52,368 nt of DNA from Candidatus Omnitrophota bacterium (GCA_029568545.1 JAKQAH010000165.1:1-52368), one strand, 5' to 3'. Numbered from the stretch's first letter, positions 17,221 through 26,221 are shown. Program-made: numbers and translations. Notes: generated from the letters alone by a model not told the origin.

Positions 17221-20073
17221 TTGAACAAGTGTATCCTCATATCCTTGGCCATTCTTCTTGTCGCAGGGGTTTTTCCCGCGTCCGCCGAGCCGGACTATCC
17301 TAATATTTACAAGTTTTACATGGAGCTTGGAAAATTCGCCATTCAGCAAGGCGATTATCAGGAGGCGTATGCCAATTTCCAGCATGCCCTTGCGGTAGCG
17401 CCGCGCGAAAGAGAGCCGGTTTTTTTCATCAATTTGATCAAGCGCATGCAGGACCAGCGCATCGAGCCGGAGCCGGATACGCAAATTACCGCCCCATCAG
17501 GCAAAAGCCGGGCTCAGATCATCGAAGAGTCACTTGATGCGTTTGAGCCTCTGCCAACAAAACATAAAATTCCCATGCCGGCTCCTGTCACGCGATTTTC
17601 TGATAGGATCACTGCCGAATGCCAATCCATAGAAGAAAAGAAGCCCCCTTCTGTCAAAACGGGTCCCGTTCGCCGGCAGACTTTTGAGCCGGAAGAAACG
17701 CTGATGAGCCCGGGGAAAGAAACGGTTTTTCTGGATGAAGCGCTTTGGAACACCCAGCCCGGCACGCTTATCCGCATCGAGATGAGGTCCTCTGTTCAAT
17801 TGGAGGGCCGGAACATCGAGCGTTATTTGATCATTACTCCAGGCGTGTTTGAGGTTGAGCGTATCGATGGCCACCGTTTGAAAATCATCGGGAAAAAACG
17901 CGGTTCGAGTTTTCTTCATGTGTGGGACGAAAAGGGCCGCTGGACATTCAATATCGAGGTGATTATCCCCATGCCTTCCGCGTCTCTGCGTCTGCGCGAG
18001 GCCTTCGACGAGCTTCAAGCCGATCCGTTTAAGGTCACCTACGCGGCCGACTGGGGATCGTATTACCGGGGCCCGACGTTCGCGGATGCCGAGCGGGAAA
18101 GCCTGAAGTTTCTTCAACGGGTCATGATGGAAGGCGAGACGCCATATGGCGATCTGGACAGTCATGTTGTTTTTAACAAATTTCAGGAATCAACAGAGGT
18201 TACGGGTTATGGGATCGGCCTGACGGACGGGAAAATCGGCGATTTCAAAGATTTCAGTATTCGCGGATTTGACTTGAGAAAAACTTTTTCTCCGCTTTCG
18301 ATGCCCGGACAATATGTGCGCGGAGTATTGTTTGAGGCGATGGCTTTTGACCAGAACTTGGCCTACTCGTATATCCACGGGAGGGACCGCCAGATTTACA
18401 GCTACCTATCGGCCGATGTTTTGGACAGCAAGGAATCGTTTATTGAAGGAGCGCGGGCTACACTGTTCCCGAAAGAAGAGAACCAGTATTCGCTTAACTA
18501 TGCGCGCGGTTACGGTGATGCGCGCGAAGCTTTCCTCAAGGACCAGGTCATGTCATTTGAGGCGCAGCGCAGGATCAAGGATGTGCTCCTGTCGGGGGAG
18601 GTTGGCTATGACGAGGAGGCGACGGCGGTCACATCGCAGATGCTTTACAATAAAGAAGATCACCGGGTCACGGTCAGTTTCCGGGATATCGATGAGGACT
18701 ACACGACGATTGCGAGCTACCCGTCCCGGCGCGGCGAAGTTGGCGGCTCAATTCTCTGGAACTGGAAGCTGGGAGATGTTGATATCGATACTTACTTGGA
18801 CCTGTACCGCGAGCGGCTTCAGCCCAATCCTGACGCAACGGGAACGATGAACGTCGATTTTAACAGCCGGGTCGATGTTCCGCTATCGGCGAGCGACCAA
18901 GTGAGCGCGTCCGTTTATTACAATGATACGTCAGGGGAGCTTTCCCCACGCAATAGCGTCCGTGTCAACACGCGCTATACCAAGCGGTTTCCGTTCTTTA
19001 GCGGGCGGGATTTCACGGCTTTTATCGGAGCGACCCAACAGCGCAGCCGGTTCGCCCGGGCGACTTCCTCTGACAGCGACAGATATTCGTTGATGACGGG
19101 GATATCTGTTCCTTTGGGGGCGCGACTGAATTATTATGCGAATTATGAATTTTCCTGGCTCTATGATCATGAGATCGGCGATCTGACCGGGCCCAATGTG
19201 CTTAACACGGGCTTAAATTATTCGCGGCAGCTCGTAGACGGATGGTCCATGTACACGGGATTTAATTACCGTGATGAAGAGAATACGGGCGGGACCAATA
19301 GTTTCCTTGCCGGTGAGGATAGTATCACCGGAAGCATCGGCACGAGCTTCCGGCCGAGTGAGGACTTTGAGCTTTTTATTGACGGAAGGGCCCGCAATAT
19401 CTGGGGGCAAGAAGAGGACCGCGCCTCGTTTAACGAATATGACGTCAACGTCGGGGTTCGCACATCATGGGAAACGCCGTTCCGCTGGAACCCGAAAGGC
19501 ACGGTCAAGGGCATTGTGTATAAAGACTTGAACGGGAACCAAAGGCAGGATGAAGAAGAAACTGGCATTCCGGATGTCCGTGTCCAGGTGGGGGAAAAAG
19601 CTGCTATAACGAATGCCTTGGGGATTTACCGCGCAACGGTCAGGGGCAAAGCTGCCGAAGTGACGCTGGACATGAGCACTATTCCGGATGGTTTTGTTTT
19701 TTCCACGCCCGTCATGGAGACGGTCACGATCATTCCGCATAAAACGCATCGCGTGGACTTCGGGCTGACGACGCAATCAGGCATTTACGGGATCGTCTTT
19801 TATGACCAGAATGGAGATGGCAAGCCGGACGATGGAGATGAATTTATCTCCAAAGCGCGCGTTGTTCTCGATGGGGAAAAAACAGCGTTCAGCGATTTTG
19901 AGGGCGCGTATTTCTTTGAGAATGTTCTTCCGGGAGAGCACGAGATCGCCATTGAAATGAATTCCTTGCCAATCACATATTTGCCTAAGGTTAAGCTGAA
20001 GAACACGATTATCACGTCGGAAGGCTCAACCTACGTGTTCCATATTCCGCTGGATAAAACCAAGAAAGAGTAA
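17221..20073 (+). CDS. large outer-membrane protein: TPR-like N-terminus, secretin-N/pilus-N-like domain, predicted beta-barrel, two SdrD-B-like C-terminal domains
   Basis: TTG start with signal peptide ending ASA|EP. SVQLEGRNIERYLIITPGVFEVERIDGHRLKIIGKKRGSSFLHVWDEKGR matches the T2SS/T3SS pilus-N (CpaC-N) pattern. About 550 aa follow with alternating Y/F/G-rich amphipathic strands. Then two repeats GIVYKDLNGNQRQDEEE..G and GIVFYDQNGDGKPDDGD..GAYFFENVLPGEHEI (SdrD B-like). Confidence 0.55.
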   Translation: MNKCILISLAILLVAGVFPASAEPDYPNIYKFYMELGKFAIQQGDYQEAYANFQHALAVAPREREPVFFINLIKRMQDQRIEPEPDTQITAPSGKSRAQIIEESLDAFEPLPTKHKIPMPAPVTRFSDRITAECQSIEEKKPPSVKTGPVRRQTFEPEETLMSPGKETVFLDEALWNTQPGTLIRIEMRSSVQLEGRNIERYLIITPGVFEVERIDGHRLKIIGKKRGSSFLHVWDEKGRWTFNIEVIIPMPSASLRLREAFDELQADPFKVTYAADWGSYYRGPTFADAERESLKFLQRVMMEGETPYGDLDSHVVFNKFQESTEVTGYGIGLTDGKIGDFKDFSIRGFDLRKTFSPLSMPGQYVRGVLFEAMAFDQNLAYSYIHGRDRQIYSYLSADVLDSKESFIEGARATLFPKEENQYSLNYARGYGDAREAFLKDQVMSFEAQRRIKDVLLSGEVGYDEEATAVTSQMLYNKEDHRVTVSFRDIDEDYTTIASYPSRRGEVGGSILWNWKLGDVDIDTYLDLYRERLQPNPDATGTMNVDFNSRVDVPLSASDQVSASVYYNDTSGELSPRNSVRVNTRYTKRFPFFSGRDFTAFIGATQQRSRFARATSSDSDRYSLMTGISVPLGARLNYYANYEFSWLYDHEIGDLTGPNVLNTGLNYSRQLVDGWSMYTGFNYRDEENTGGTNSFLAGEDSITGSIGTSFRPSEDFELFIDGRARNIWGQEEDRASFNEYDVNVGVRTSWETPFRWNPKGTVKGIVYKDLNGNQRQDEEETGIPDVRVQVGEKAAITNALGIYRATVRGKAAEVTLDMSTIPDGFVFSTPVMETVTIIPHKTHRVDFGLTTQSGIYGIVFYDQNGDGKPDDGDEFISKARVVLDGEKTAFSDFEGAYFFENVLPGEHEIAIEMNSLPITYLPKVKLKNTIITSEGSTYVFHIPLDKTKKE

Positions 20074-20085
20074 GTGGCAAGGGAG

Positions 20086-20343
20086 CTACCGGATAACAGT
20101 TGTCTGCACCAGGAAGGCCCGATTATCGGCGGTGTACATGACAGTTTCCGTGGTCTGCCACTGGGCCGTTTCGGCCGGCATTTGCTCCGCTTGCCGGACA
20201 GGTGCTGACGGGATGTCCGTCATTTGAACCGAAGCCGGCATGGTGACCGTGATCTTGTAGGCTTTGGTCATGCTCCTGGCCGCTAGGGCGGGAGTAGCGC
20301 AGAATACCAAGAGTAGTGCTAGGGTAAGAAATCGTTTAGCCAT
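20086..20343 (-). CDS. small secreted protein, hypothetical
   Basis: 85 aa with signal peptide ending ALA|AR and RBS GAGGA upstream. Convergent with the outer-membrane protein gene, only 12 nt away. Confidence 0.5.
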   Translation of the reverse strand: MAKRFLTLALLLVFCATPALAARSMTKAYKITVTMPASVQMTDIPSAPVRQAEQMPAETAQWQTTETVMYTADNRAFLVQTTVIR

Positions 20344-20361
20344 ATTATCCTCATCTTTCGG

Positions 20362-20393
20362 AAATAAAAAAATCCTCCCGAAAGAGAGGATCC
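20362..20393 (-). terminator. intrinsic terminator in the leader about 20 nt upstream of the 85-aa ORF
   Basis: Minus strand ATCCTCTC-TTTC-GGGAGGAT, followed by TTTTTTTATTT. Confidence 0.65.
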
Positions 20394-20448
20394 ATGGCGG
20401 CGCGTAACCGTAAAATGAAATACGTCGCTCTTATTCGCGCATCAACAA

Positions 20449-20534
20449 GCAACGGCAGCTGACGGCCATATTCCGGCGTTCCGGAACACAGGCTCTAAAG
20501 CTTTGTGTCCTGCCCTTTCGGGAAGTTTACCTTT
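20449..20534 (-). promoter_or_regulatory. candidate c-di-GMP-I (GEMM-I)-like riboswitch aptamer
   Basis: Minus-strand RNA reads AAAGGUAAAC-UUCCC-GAAA-GGGCA-GGACACAAAGC-UUUAGAGCC... The GEMM-I core as I recall it is GGCAAAC..stem-GAAA-stem..GGGACGCAAAGCC. An 11-bp hairpin CCUGUGUUCCGG-AACG-CCGGAAUAUGG follows, then CAGCUGCCG. I ran no covariance-model scan. Confidence 0.35.
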
Positions 20535-20572
20535 ATTCTTCTTAAAGAACGATTTTCTTTCTCCCTTGGGAA

Positions 20573-20597
20573 AGTATAACATACAAAGGGGTGTCAA
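20573..20597 (-). promoter_or_regulatory. possible extended -10 promoter for the leader
   Basis: Minus strand TGTTATACT (TGnTATACT). A TTGACA lies upstream, but with only a 13-nt spacer. Confidence 0.3.
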
Positions 20598-20675
20598 ACA
20601 AATTTCAACCCTTCCCGGTCTTTCCCTTTCATAAATACAATGCCCTGCCTGGAAGCTTTTATTGCCCAGGTCCCA

Positions 20676-22670
20676 TCAGGGACGTTTTTTTTGCTCTATA
20701 TCTTCGATCATTTTCTCAAGGGCGGTATTTTTTCTGTCTCCAAACCTGGCTGCATGGTATTGGCCGATGAAAGATTCGATTTTTCCTATCGTCTCGGAAG
20801 GGATTTTCGGTTGTGTTTTTAAGCGGTCGACGACTTCTCGGTCTGTTTCGGATGGTTTTCGGGCTTCCCGGAAAGCATTCTTAAGATATTGCTCATAACG
20901 CTGATAGATAAGTCGGACAGGATCTTTCTTGGCGCTTGTCGGCAATGCTTGTTTCTTTGCTGTGACAAGCAAGCGGTGGATTCCCGCGAATATTTTCTTC
21001 GCATTGATCAAGAGCATGATCATGATCAAGACATACAACATGTCCGTTTTTAATTTGTTTTTATCCAGGTTTTCCAGATAGACGCTCAAGCGCAAGATGC
21101 TCAGCCAGATATTTTCGGCGATCTTCGAGAGGTCGATGCGGATCGTTCGGATTGTTTCCCGGCGCTCGCCGGCGGGTGTGGGATCCATGACCTTCCATCG
21201 CTTGCGCGATAATCCGGATTTCGGGTCGATGTCCGTCAGAAGAACCTCGACCCAGGCGTGGGCATCATAGACGCGGGCCAGGAAGATGTTTTTTCTTGCA
21301 TGGATCTTCTCATTAACAAGAAATCCCGCTGCGACGCGGGCGGGAATATCCTGGGAGCGCAGCAACAGGGCCAAAGCGGTGGCGAAATAGGTGCAATAAG
21401 CGGGGCGTTTTTCCAGGATCATCTGGATGAGGCCTTCATGATCCGCTCTAAAGTCAACATCCAGCGAATATTGGAAATGATTGAGGAAATATTGATTAAG
21501 CCGGTCAGCTTTCTCGGAATCGTCTGAGGCGGATTCAACGATAGAAGAGGATATTTCGTGTAAAACGCTGGCGATATCGGCAGGAAGGGAGATGCATTTT
21601 TTAAGTTGGCTTGAAGATAATTCGACGGAGGCGTTTTCAGGAATAAGGGCAAATTCCACGATGCGGGTCCGCTGGTCGTCTTCGGCATAAATAATGCCGT
21701 AATCGCTTTTTGTCAGGGGCATTTTACTTTTTGCCGCCGCAAGACCGTAAGGGGAAGGAACGATATTTTCAAAAGAAACGAACATAGCCATTTCTGCCGT
21801 CTGAGCTTTGTTCATGAACTTATCGGGGAACGGGAATTTGGCAATTTCTTCCTCTTCGCTCCAGGCCCCCTGATCAAAATCCTCAAAGACCTGGGTCTTT
21901 AAATATGTTCCCTGATCGGAAGGCAGCTTGATTTCCAGGACGGGCCTTTTGTCCCGGGCGCTTGAGCCGGGCGGGACAAGTTTCATGAACCGGTTGATGC
22001 TCAAGAAATGGGTATAACTCCGGGGCATGACATAATCGCCTATCAGGCGCATGAACACCTCATCCATAATCACGATGGACCGGGATATCCCGTAAAACAA
22101 TCCTGTTGTCAGCCCGACGATCAAGATGGAAAAGAAGATAAAATCGCGATAATGACGGGATCTGTGTTTAGGCTCCGGGGGCCTGTTCATGGTTTGAAGG
22201 ATCACGACAGCGACGGCAATCACGCAGAATGCGCAAAAAGCGAAGAGCATCGAATCCGTGAACGGAACATTGCTGGAAACAGCGACGGTCAGCCAAGCCA
22301 GGAAAAAAAGGTGATGGGCGTTTTTCATTGAAAAAGGCTTCAGCCAGATGATCGCGCTGGCAAAGATAGCCCCGGATTGCAGAGCGGCCGTGAAGGTCGG
22401 AAAAGGGGAAACCGCGTCTTCCGGCGGCGGATAGATATTGCGCCACAGCAGGCCGGCGATGAAAGAAACAATGATAATGGCGGACAGAGGAATGCGCCCA
22501 AAGAAAGCGAATTGCCGGTCGCTGGTTTTTACGCGCATGAGAAGAGAAAAAACGATGATCGCGCCTATTGCATAAGGGAGAACGGTTTCATTTTGGCATT
22601 GGCTATAGACTGTCCAGGAGGAAAAAAGCAAAAGGAAGATGTTCAGATACGTTTTGATCATTGGACGCAA
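20676..22670 (-). CDS. transglutaminase-like membrane protein (multi-TM N-terminus, TGase core, DUF4129-like C-terminus)
   Basis: N-terminal hydrophobic helices. Core RPAYCTYFATALALLLRSQDIPARVAAGF...YDAHAWVEVLL carries the Cys/His/Asp context. An additional TM segment and a YHAARFG tail follow. Confidence 0.8.
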   Translation of the reverse strand: MRPMIKTYLNIFLLLFSSWTVYSQCQNETVLPYAIGAIIVFSLLMRVKTSDRQFAFFGRIPLSAIIIVSFIAGLLWRNIYPPPEDAVSPFPTFTAALQSGAIFASAIIWLKPFSMKNAHHLFFLAWLTVAVSSNVPFTDSMLFAFCAFCVIAVAVVILQTMNRPPEPKHRSRHYRDFIFFSILIVGLTTGLFYGISRSIVIMDEVFMRLIGDYVMPRSYTHFLSINRFMKLVPPGSSARDKRPVLEIKLPSDQGTYLKTQVFEDFDQGAWSEEEEIAKFPFPDKFMNKAQTAEMAMFVSFENIVPSPYGLAAAKSKMPLTKSDYGIIYAEDDQRTRIVEFALIPENASVELSSSQLKKCISLPADIASVLHEISSSIVESASDDSEKADRLNQYFLNHFQYSLDVDFRADHEGLIQMILEKRPAYCTYFATALALLLRSQDIPARVAAGFLVNEKIHARKNIFLARVYDAHAWVEVLLTDIDPKSGLSRKRWKVMDPTPAGERRETIRTIRIDLSKIAENIWLSILRLSVYLENLDKNKLKTDMLYVLIMIMLLINAKKIFAGIHRLLVTAKKQALPTSAKKDPVRLIYQRYEQYLKNAFREARKPSETDREVVDRLKTQPKIPSETIGKIESFIGQYHAARFGDRKNTALEKMIEDIEQKKRP

Positions 22671-23902
22671 GCCGCTTCCTTGGTTTTAAGAATAGAAATT
22701 TCTTGGCCGGTTTGCGGCCATGTCGTCGGCCGGTCCCGGATAATAATAACGCGGACCTTGAGCCCGGATTCTCTTAACTGTTGAATGAAGTGCGCGCGCG
22801 GTTGATCCCAATCTTTAAGGAAAACAACGAGGGCGGACAGCTCTCGGGAGAACCGTTTCAGCAGGGCCAAAGCATCGGTAAAATCGACCTTCGCATCGCC
22901 TTCCGGAGCGGAAAGGAAGTCCAGCAGATGGTCGAAGGATTCCAGCCCCCGGCCGGACTGCATGTGCTGATGGTGAGGATCGCTCAAAAATAGGTCCACG
23001 ATATAGTTATTGGCGCAGAGCATGTCCGCGATGCCGGCGCACAGAGAAATGCGGCTTTCGAAGCACGTGTGCTTCTCGAAACGCTTCAATTCCGTATCGA
23101 CAAATAAACCGATCCGCACAAAATACTCTTCGACGTATTCCTTGACGATCAACCGTCCCGTTCTGGCGGACGATGCCCAATGCACGTCACGCATCCGGTC
23201 GCCGTGGCGGTATTCGCGCGTGCTCGCAAATTCATTGGAATCTCCGATCTTGGAACTTAAAGAAATGCCCCCGGGCTGGAATTGCTTGACCGTATCGATC
23301 TGAAAATCTGTTTGCCGTGTAAATTTCGGATAGACGACAAGGCGTTCCTTTCTGCCTAAGCGCTTTCGGGAACGCATGATCCCCGAGGGAAAACTGCTTC
23401 CGGCGATCAGGCGGGAGAGTTCAAAAGTTCCCCGCCGGGGTGTGCGCAGAACAAGCGTGAGGGTAGTTTGTTCTCCTGGATCCAGCCAACTGATCGTGTT
23501 GTTGAATTCCGGATGGTTGACAGCGGAATATAAACCGTAAGGCAGGGCGGACTCAAAGACCGAAAGATTGCGGACGATTCTCCGGCCGGTATTCTTGACG
23601 ATGACCGGATAAATGCAATGGCCGCCGGCTTTAACGGCGGATGGTAAAATGCGCCGAGCTTCGATATGCGGCCGGAAAAAGAGCGACAGAAAATAGGAAA
23701 CCATTAACAAGGCGAGGATAAAGCTGGGAAGGAAATAGGCGGAGATATGGGTGCCGACCGAAGCGATCGCCATGCCCGCAAGAATGATCAGAAAAATAAT
23801 ATTTCCCCAGGCAGTGAGCCGGGATTGGCAATACGCCAAGAACCATTTGACCTGCTGATGGTCCTCAGCCGGCAGAAGAAAGGACCATTCAACTCTGGGC
23901 AT
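22658..23902 (-). CDS. DUF58 domain-containing protein
   Basis: Two N-terminal TM segments. Signature REYRHGDRMRDVHWASSARTGRLIVKEY. Overlaps both neighbouring genes. Confidence 0.85.
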   Translation of the reverse strand: MPRVEWSFLLPAEDHQQVKWFLAYCQSRLTAWGNIIFLIILAGMAIASVGTHISAYFLPSFILALLMVSYFLSLFFRPHIEARRILPSAVKAGGHCIYPVIVKNTGRRIVRNLSVFESALPYGLYSAVNHPEFNNTISWLDPGEQTTLTLVLRTPRRGTFELSRLIAGSSFPSGIMRSRKRLGRKERLVVYPKFTRQTDFQIDTVKQFQPGGISLSSKIGDSNEFASTREYRHGDRMRDVHWASSARTGRLIVKEYVEEYFVRIGLFVDTELKRFEKHTCFESRISLCAGIADMLCANNYIVDLFLSDPHHQHMQSGRGLESFDHLLDFLSAPEGDAKVDFTDALALLKRFSRELSALVVFLKDWDQPRAHFIQQLRESGLKVRVIIIRDRPTTWPQTGQEISILKTKEAACVQ

Positions 23903-24873
23903 TAGCGGGGAACTCTCTCGCGCTCAAGGATCTCTTGGATGATATGTGATGATGACAAGCCGCTATACTGGGCTTTCGTGTTTAAGATCATTCGGTGCGA
24001 CATAACCGGAATGGCAAGTTTCTTGATATCTTCCGGGATGACATAATCACGGCCCTCTAAAATGGCCAAGGCGCGGGCGATGCGCGCATAGAGAAGCGTC
24101 CCGCGCGTCGAAACGCCGAGGCGGACATGCGGATGATTGCGTGTTGCCATGACGATCTGCAGGAGATACTCGCTAATGGACGGCTCTATTTTTACATGAT
24201 CCACGCTTTCTCTCAAAGTATTCAATTCGTCCAGGGAAGCCACGGTCTTGATCGTGTCCACGGGGTCCTGGCTTGAACGGTTGATGGCCAAGGACTGCTC
24301 GATTTGTAAGGGCGGGTAGCCCAGATCGATCTGCATCATAAATCGGTCCAGTTGGGCTTCGGGTAAGGGATAGGTGCCGTGATATTCCACGGGATTCTGG
24401 GTCGCTAAGACGATGAACGGTTTGGGCAGCGGATGCGTTTCTCCGTCGATGGTCACGTGCTCTTCGCTCATGGCTTCCAGGAGCGCGGATTGGGTCCGCG
24501 CGGAAGCCCGGTTGATCTCATCAGCCAGAAGGATATTGGAGAACACGGGGCCGCTTTTAAAAGTGAATTTCCCCAGCGATTGCTGGTAAACGTTGATGCC
24601 TGTGATATCTGTCGGCAAAAGGTCCGGGGTGAACTGGATGCGGGAAAATTTTCCATCGATGGATTTGGCTAAGCTCCGCGCGAGGGTTGTTTTTCCGACG
24701 CCGGGGATGTCTTCAATGAGGATATGCCCTCCGGCCACCAGGGCCAAGACCAAAAGCTCGATCCTGTCTTCTTTCCCTTGAATGACTCGACTGAGATTCG
24801 CGATGATCGCCCGCATCTGGGCGTTGGCGGGCGAAAGGGGTAAGTTCATAGCTGGAAATCCTTTTTCTGTCAT
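23902..24873 (-). CDS. MoxR-family AAA+ ATPase
   Basis: Walker A GVGKTTLARSLA and Walker B ILLADEINRA. ATQNPVEYHGTYPLPEAQLDRF is diagnostic for MoxR. Confidence 0.9.
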   Translation of the reverse strand: MTEKGFPAMNLPLSPANAQMRAIIANLSRVIQGKEDRIELLVLALVAGGHILIEDIPGVGKTTLARSLAKSIDGKFSRIQFTPDLLPTDITGINVYQQSLGKFTFKSGPVFSNILLADEINRASARTQSALLEAMSEEHVTIDGETHPLPKPFIVLATQNPVEYHGTYPLPEAQLDRFMMQIDLGYPPLQIEQSLAINRSSQDPVDTIKTVASLDELNTLRESVDHVKIEPSISEYLLQIVMATRNHPHVRLGVSTRGTLLYARIARALAILEGRDYVIPEDIKKLAIPVMSHRMILNTKAQYSGLSSSHIIQEILERERVPR

Positions 24874-24961
24874 GACGTGTTCACCGTATCATAATTGTTT
24901 TTTAAAGTAAACAGAAAAATCGCAAAACCGACGAATATCGGGGTTGGGACGGACATATTCA

Positions 24962-24990
24962 TTGAAATAGCATTCATATCCATATATAAT
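24962..24990 (+). promoter_or_regulatory. sigma70-like promoter upstream of the membrane-protein/kinase pair
   Basis: TTGAAA (24962-24967), 17-nt spacer, TATAAT (24985-24990). Confidence 0.5.
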
Positions 24991-25037
24991 ACAAAAGATT
25001 TAGGAATAAAGGAAACTTTTGAAACCCGAGGGAGAAA

Positions 25038-25322
25038 ATGTTTAGTGTCATCCAGGAAGACGAGTTGATCACGTTAATTGTCGCCTGTTTCGTGTTTCTT
25101 TTTATTTTATTGAAACGGGAGGATCTCAAGGGCATCCCCTACGGCGGGATCCTGATTCTTTCTTACATCCTGCTGTTCTTAGGATGGACGGTTACGGTCC
25201 TGGAGGGATTTTTTCTTGAAAAGGCCATGAACGCCTTGGAGCATTTTTTTTATATGGCAAATATCGGGGTGTTAATGTTCTGGTGCTATAAATTCTTTTA
25301 CTCTCATAGGCAAAAAGAATGA
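25038..25322 (+). CDS. small integral membrane protein, hypothetical
   Basis: 94 aa with three hydrophobic segments. Overlaps the kinase gene by ATGA. Confidence 0.5.
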   Translation: MFSVIQEDELITLIVACFVFLFILLKREDLKGIPYGGILILSYILLFLGWTVTVLEGFFLEKAMNALEHFFYMANIGVLMFWCYKFFYSHRQKE

Positions 25323-26221
25323 ATCTTATCAGTTTTTTGGATGCGATCAGTTTGATCTTTGTTGTGCTTGCCATCCTCATGGTTCTTGCGAACCATAAAA
25401 AACATTCGTTTCCTTTCAGTCCTCTCCTGGGGTTTTTAGCCCTATTATTTTTTAACGCTATGAGCAATACACTCGAATGGTCCGGCGTCACAGCTCAATT
25501 TGATCAGTTTGAGGATTTTATTACGGTCGTTCAGCCGGTCATGTATTTTTTCTTCTTTCAATCTTTTCTGGATGTCAGGGCTAAAGACGATCTTAAGCTG
25601 GCCCTTCGGGAAAAAGAGGTTCTTCTCGGCGAAGTGCATCATCGCGTAAAGAACAACCTGCTCACGCTTTATTCGCTTGTCAACTTGCAACAGCTGGCGG
25701 TTAAGGACCAGGAAGAGATCAGCGAGGCTTTGCAGGATACCAAACAGCGGATCCAGGCGATGGGGAGGGCTCATCAAATGCTCTACAATTCCAAGAGCTT
25801 TGCCGAGATCGATTTTGCGGCCTATATCAAGGCTTTGGTCGAAGAAATGAAAGCGGCATATTCCGCAGAGAAAAAGAAGATTGATGTTTCCCTTGAGCTT
25901 GAGCCGGTAGAGCTTAATATGGAAACAGCCGTTCCCTGCGCCCTGATCATTAACGAGATCCTGGCCAATGCCTTTAAGCATGCCTTCCCGGACAGAAACA
26001 CCGGCAAGATCGTTGTTTCGCTGAAAACGGTGAGGAACGCTCTCGAATTGAAGATTAGCGACGACGGCGTCGGGATGCCGCCTGAACTTTTGTTTTCAAA
26101 ACAGAAAACGCTGGGATTGCGGCTGATCCATATGCTCAGTGAGCAACTCAACGGGAGCATCTCTTACAAAGGTGAGAATGGCTCCGTATTCACGATTGTT
26201 TTCAGGAATTTAATCATATAA
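25319..26221 (+). CDS. sensor histidine kinase, HisKA_2 type
   Basis: Membrane N-terminus, H-box EVHHRVKNNLLTL, and HATPase_c boxes NEILANAFKHAF, DDGVGMP and GLRLI. Confidence 0.85.
   Translation: MNLISFLDAISLIFVVLAILMVLANHKKHSFPFSPLLGFLALLFFNAMSNTLEWSGVTAQFDQFEDFITVVQPVMYFFFFQSFLDVRAKDDLKLALREKEVLLGEVHHRVKNNLLTLYSLVNLQQLAVKDQEEISEALQDTKQRIQAMGRAHQMLYNSKSFAEIDFAAYIKALVEEMKAAYSAEKKKIDVSLELEPVELNMETAVPCALIINEILANAFKHAFPDRNTGKIVVSLKTVRNALELKISDDGVGMPPELLFSKQKTLGLRLIHMLSEQLNGSISYKGENGSVFTIVFRNLII

Noticed and set aside
13936-20343. An intact genomic island or prophage integrated at ssrA
   Set aside because: I found no integrase, excisionase, phage or transposase gene and no clear distal att copy in the window. 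Only the repeat scars near ssrA are reported.
20344-20600. The structured non-coding region considered as SRP RNA or 6S RNA
   Set aside because: It lacks the SRP domain IV consensus (GUCAGGUCCGGAAGGAAGCAGC) and the long interrupted 6S helix with a central bubble. The promoter-fold-terminator-ORF layout fits a cis-regulatory leader better.
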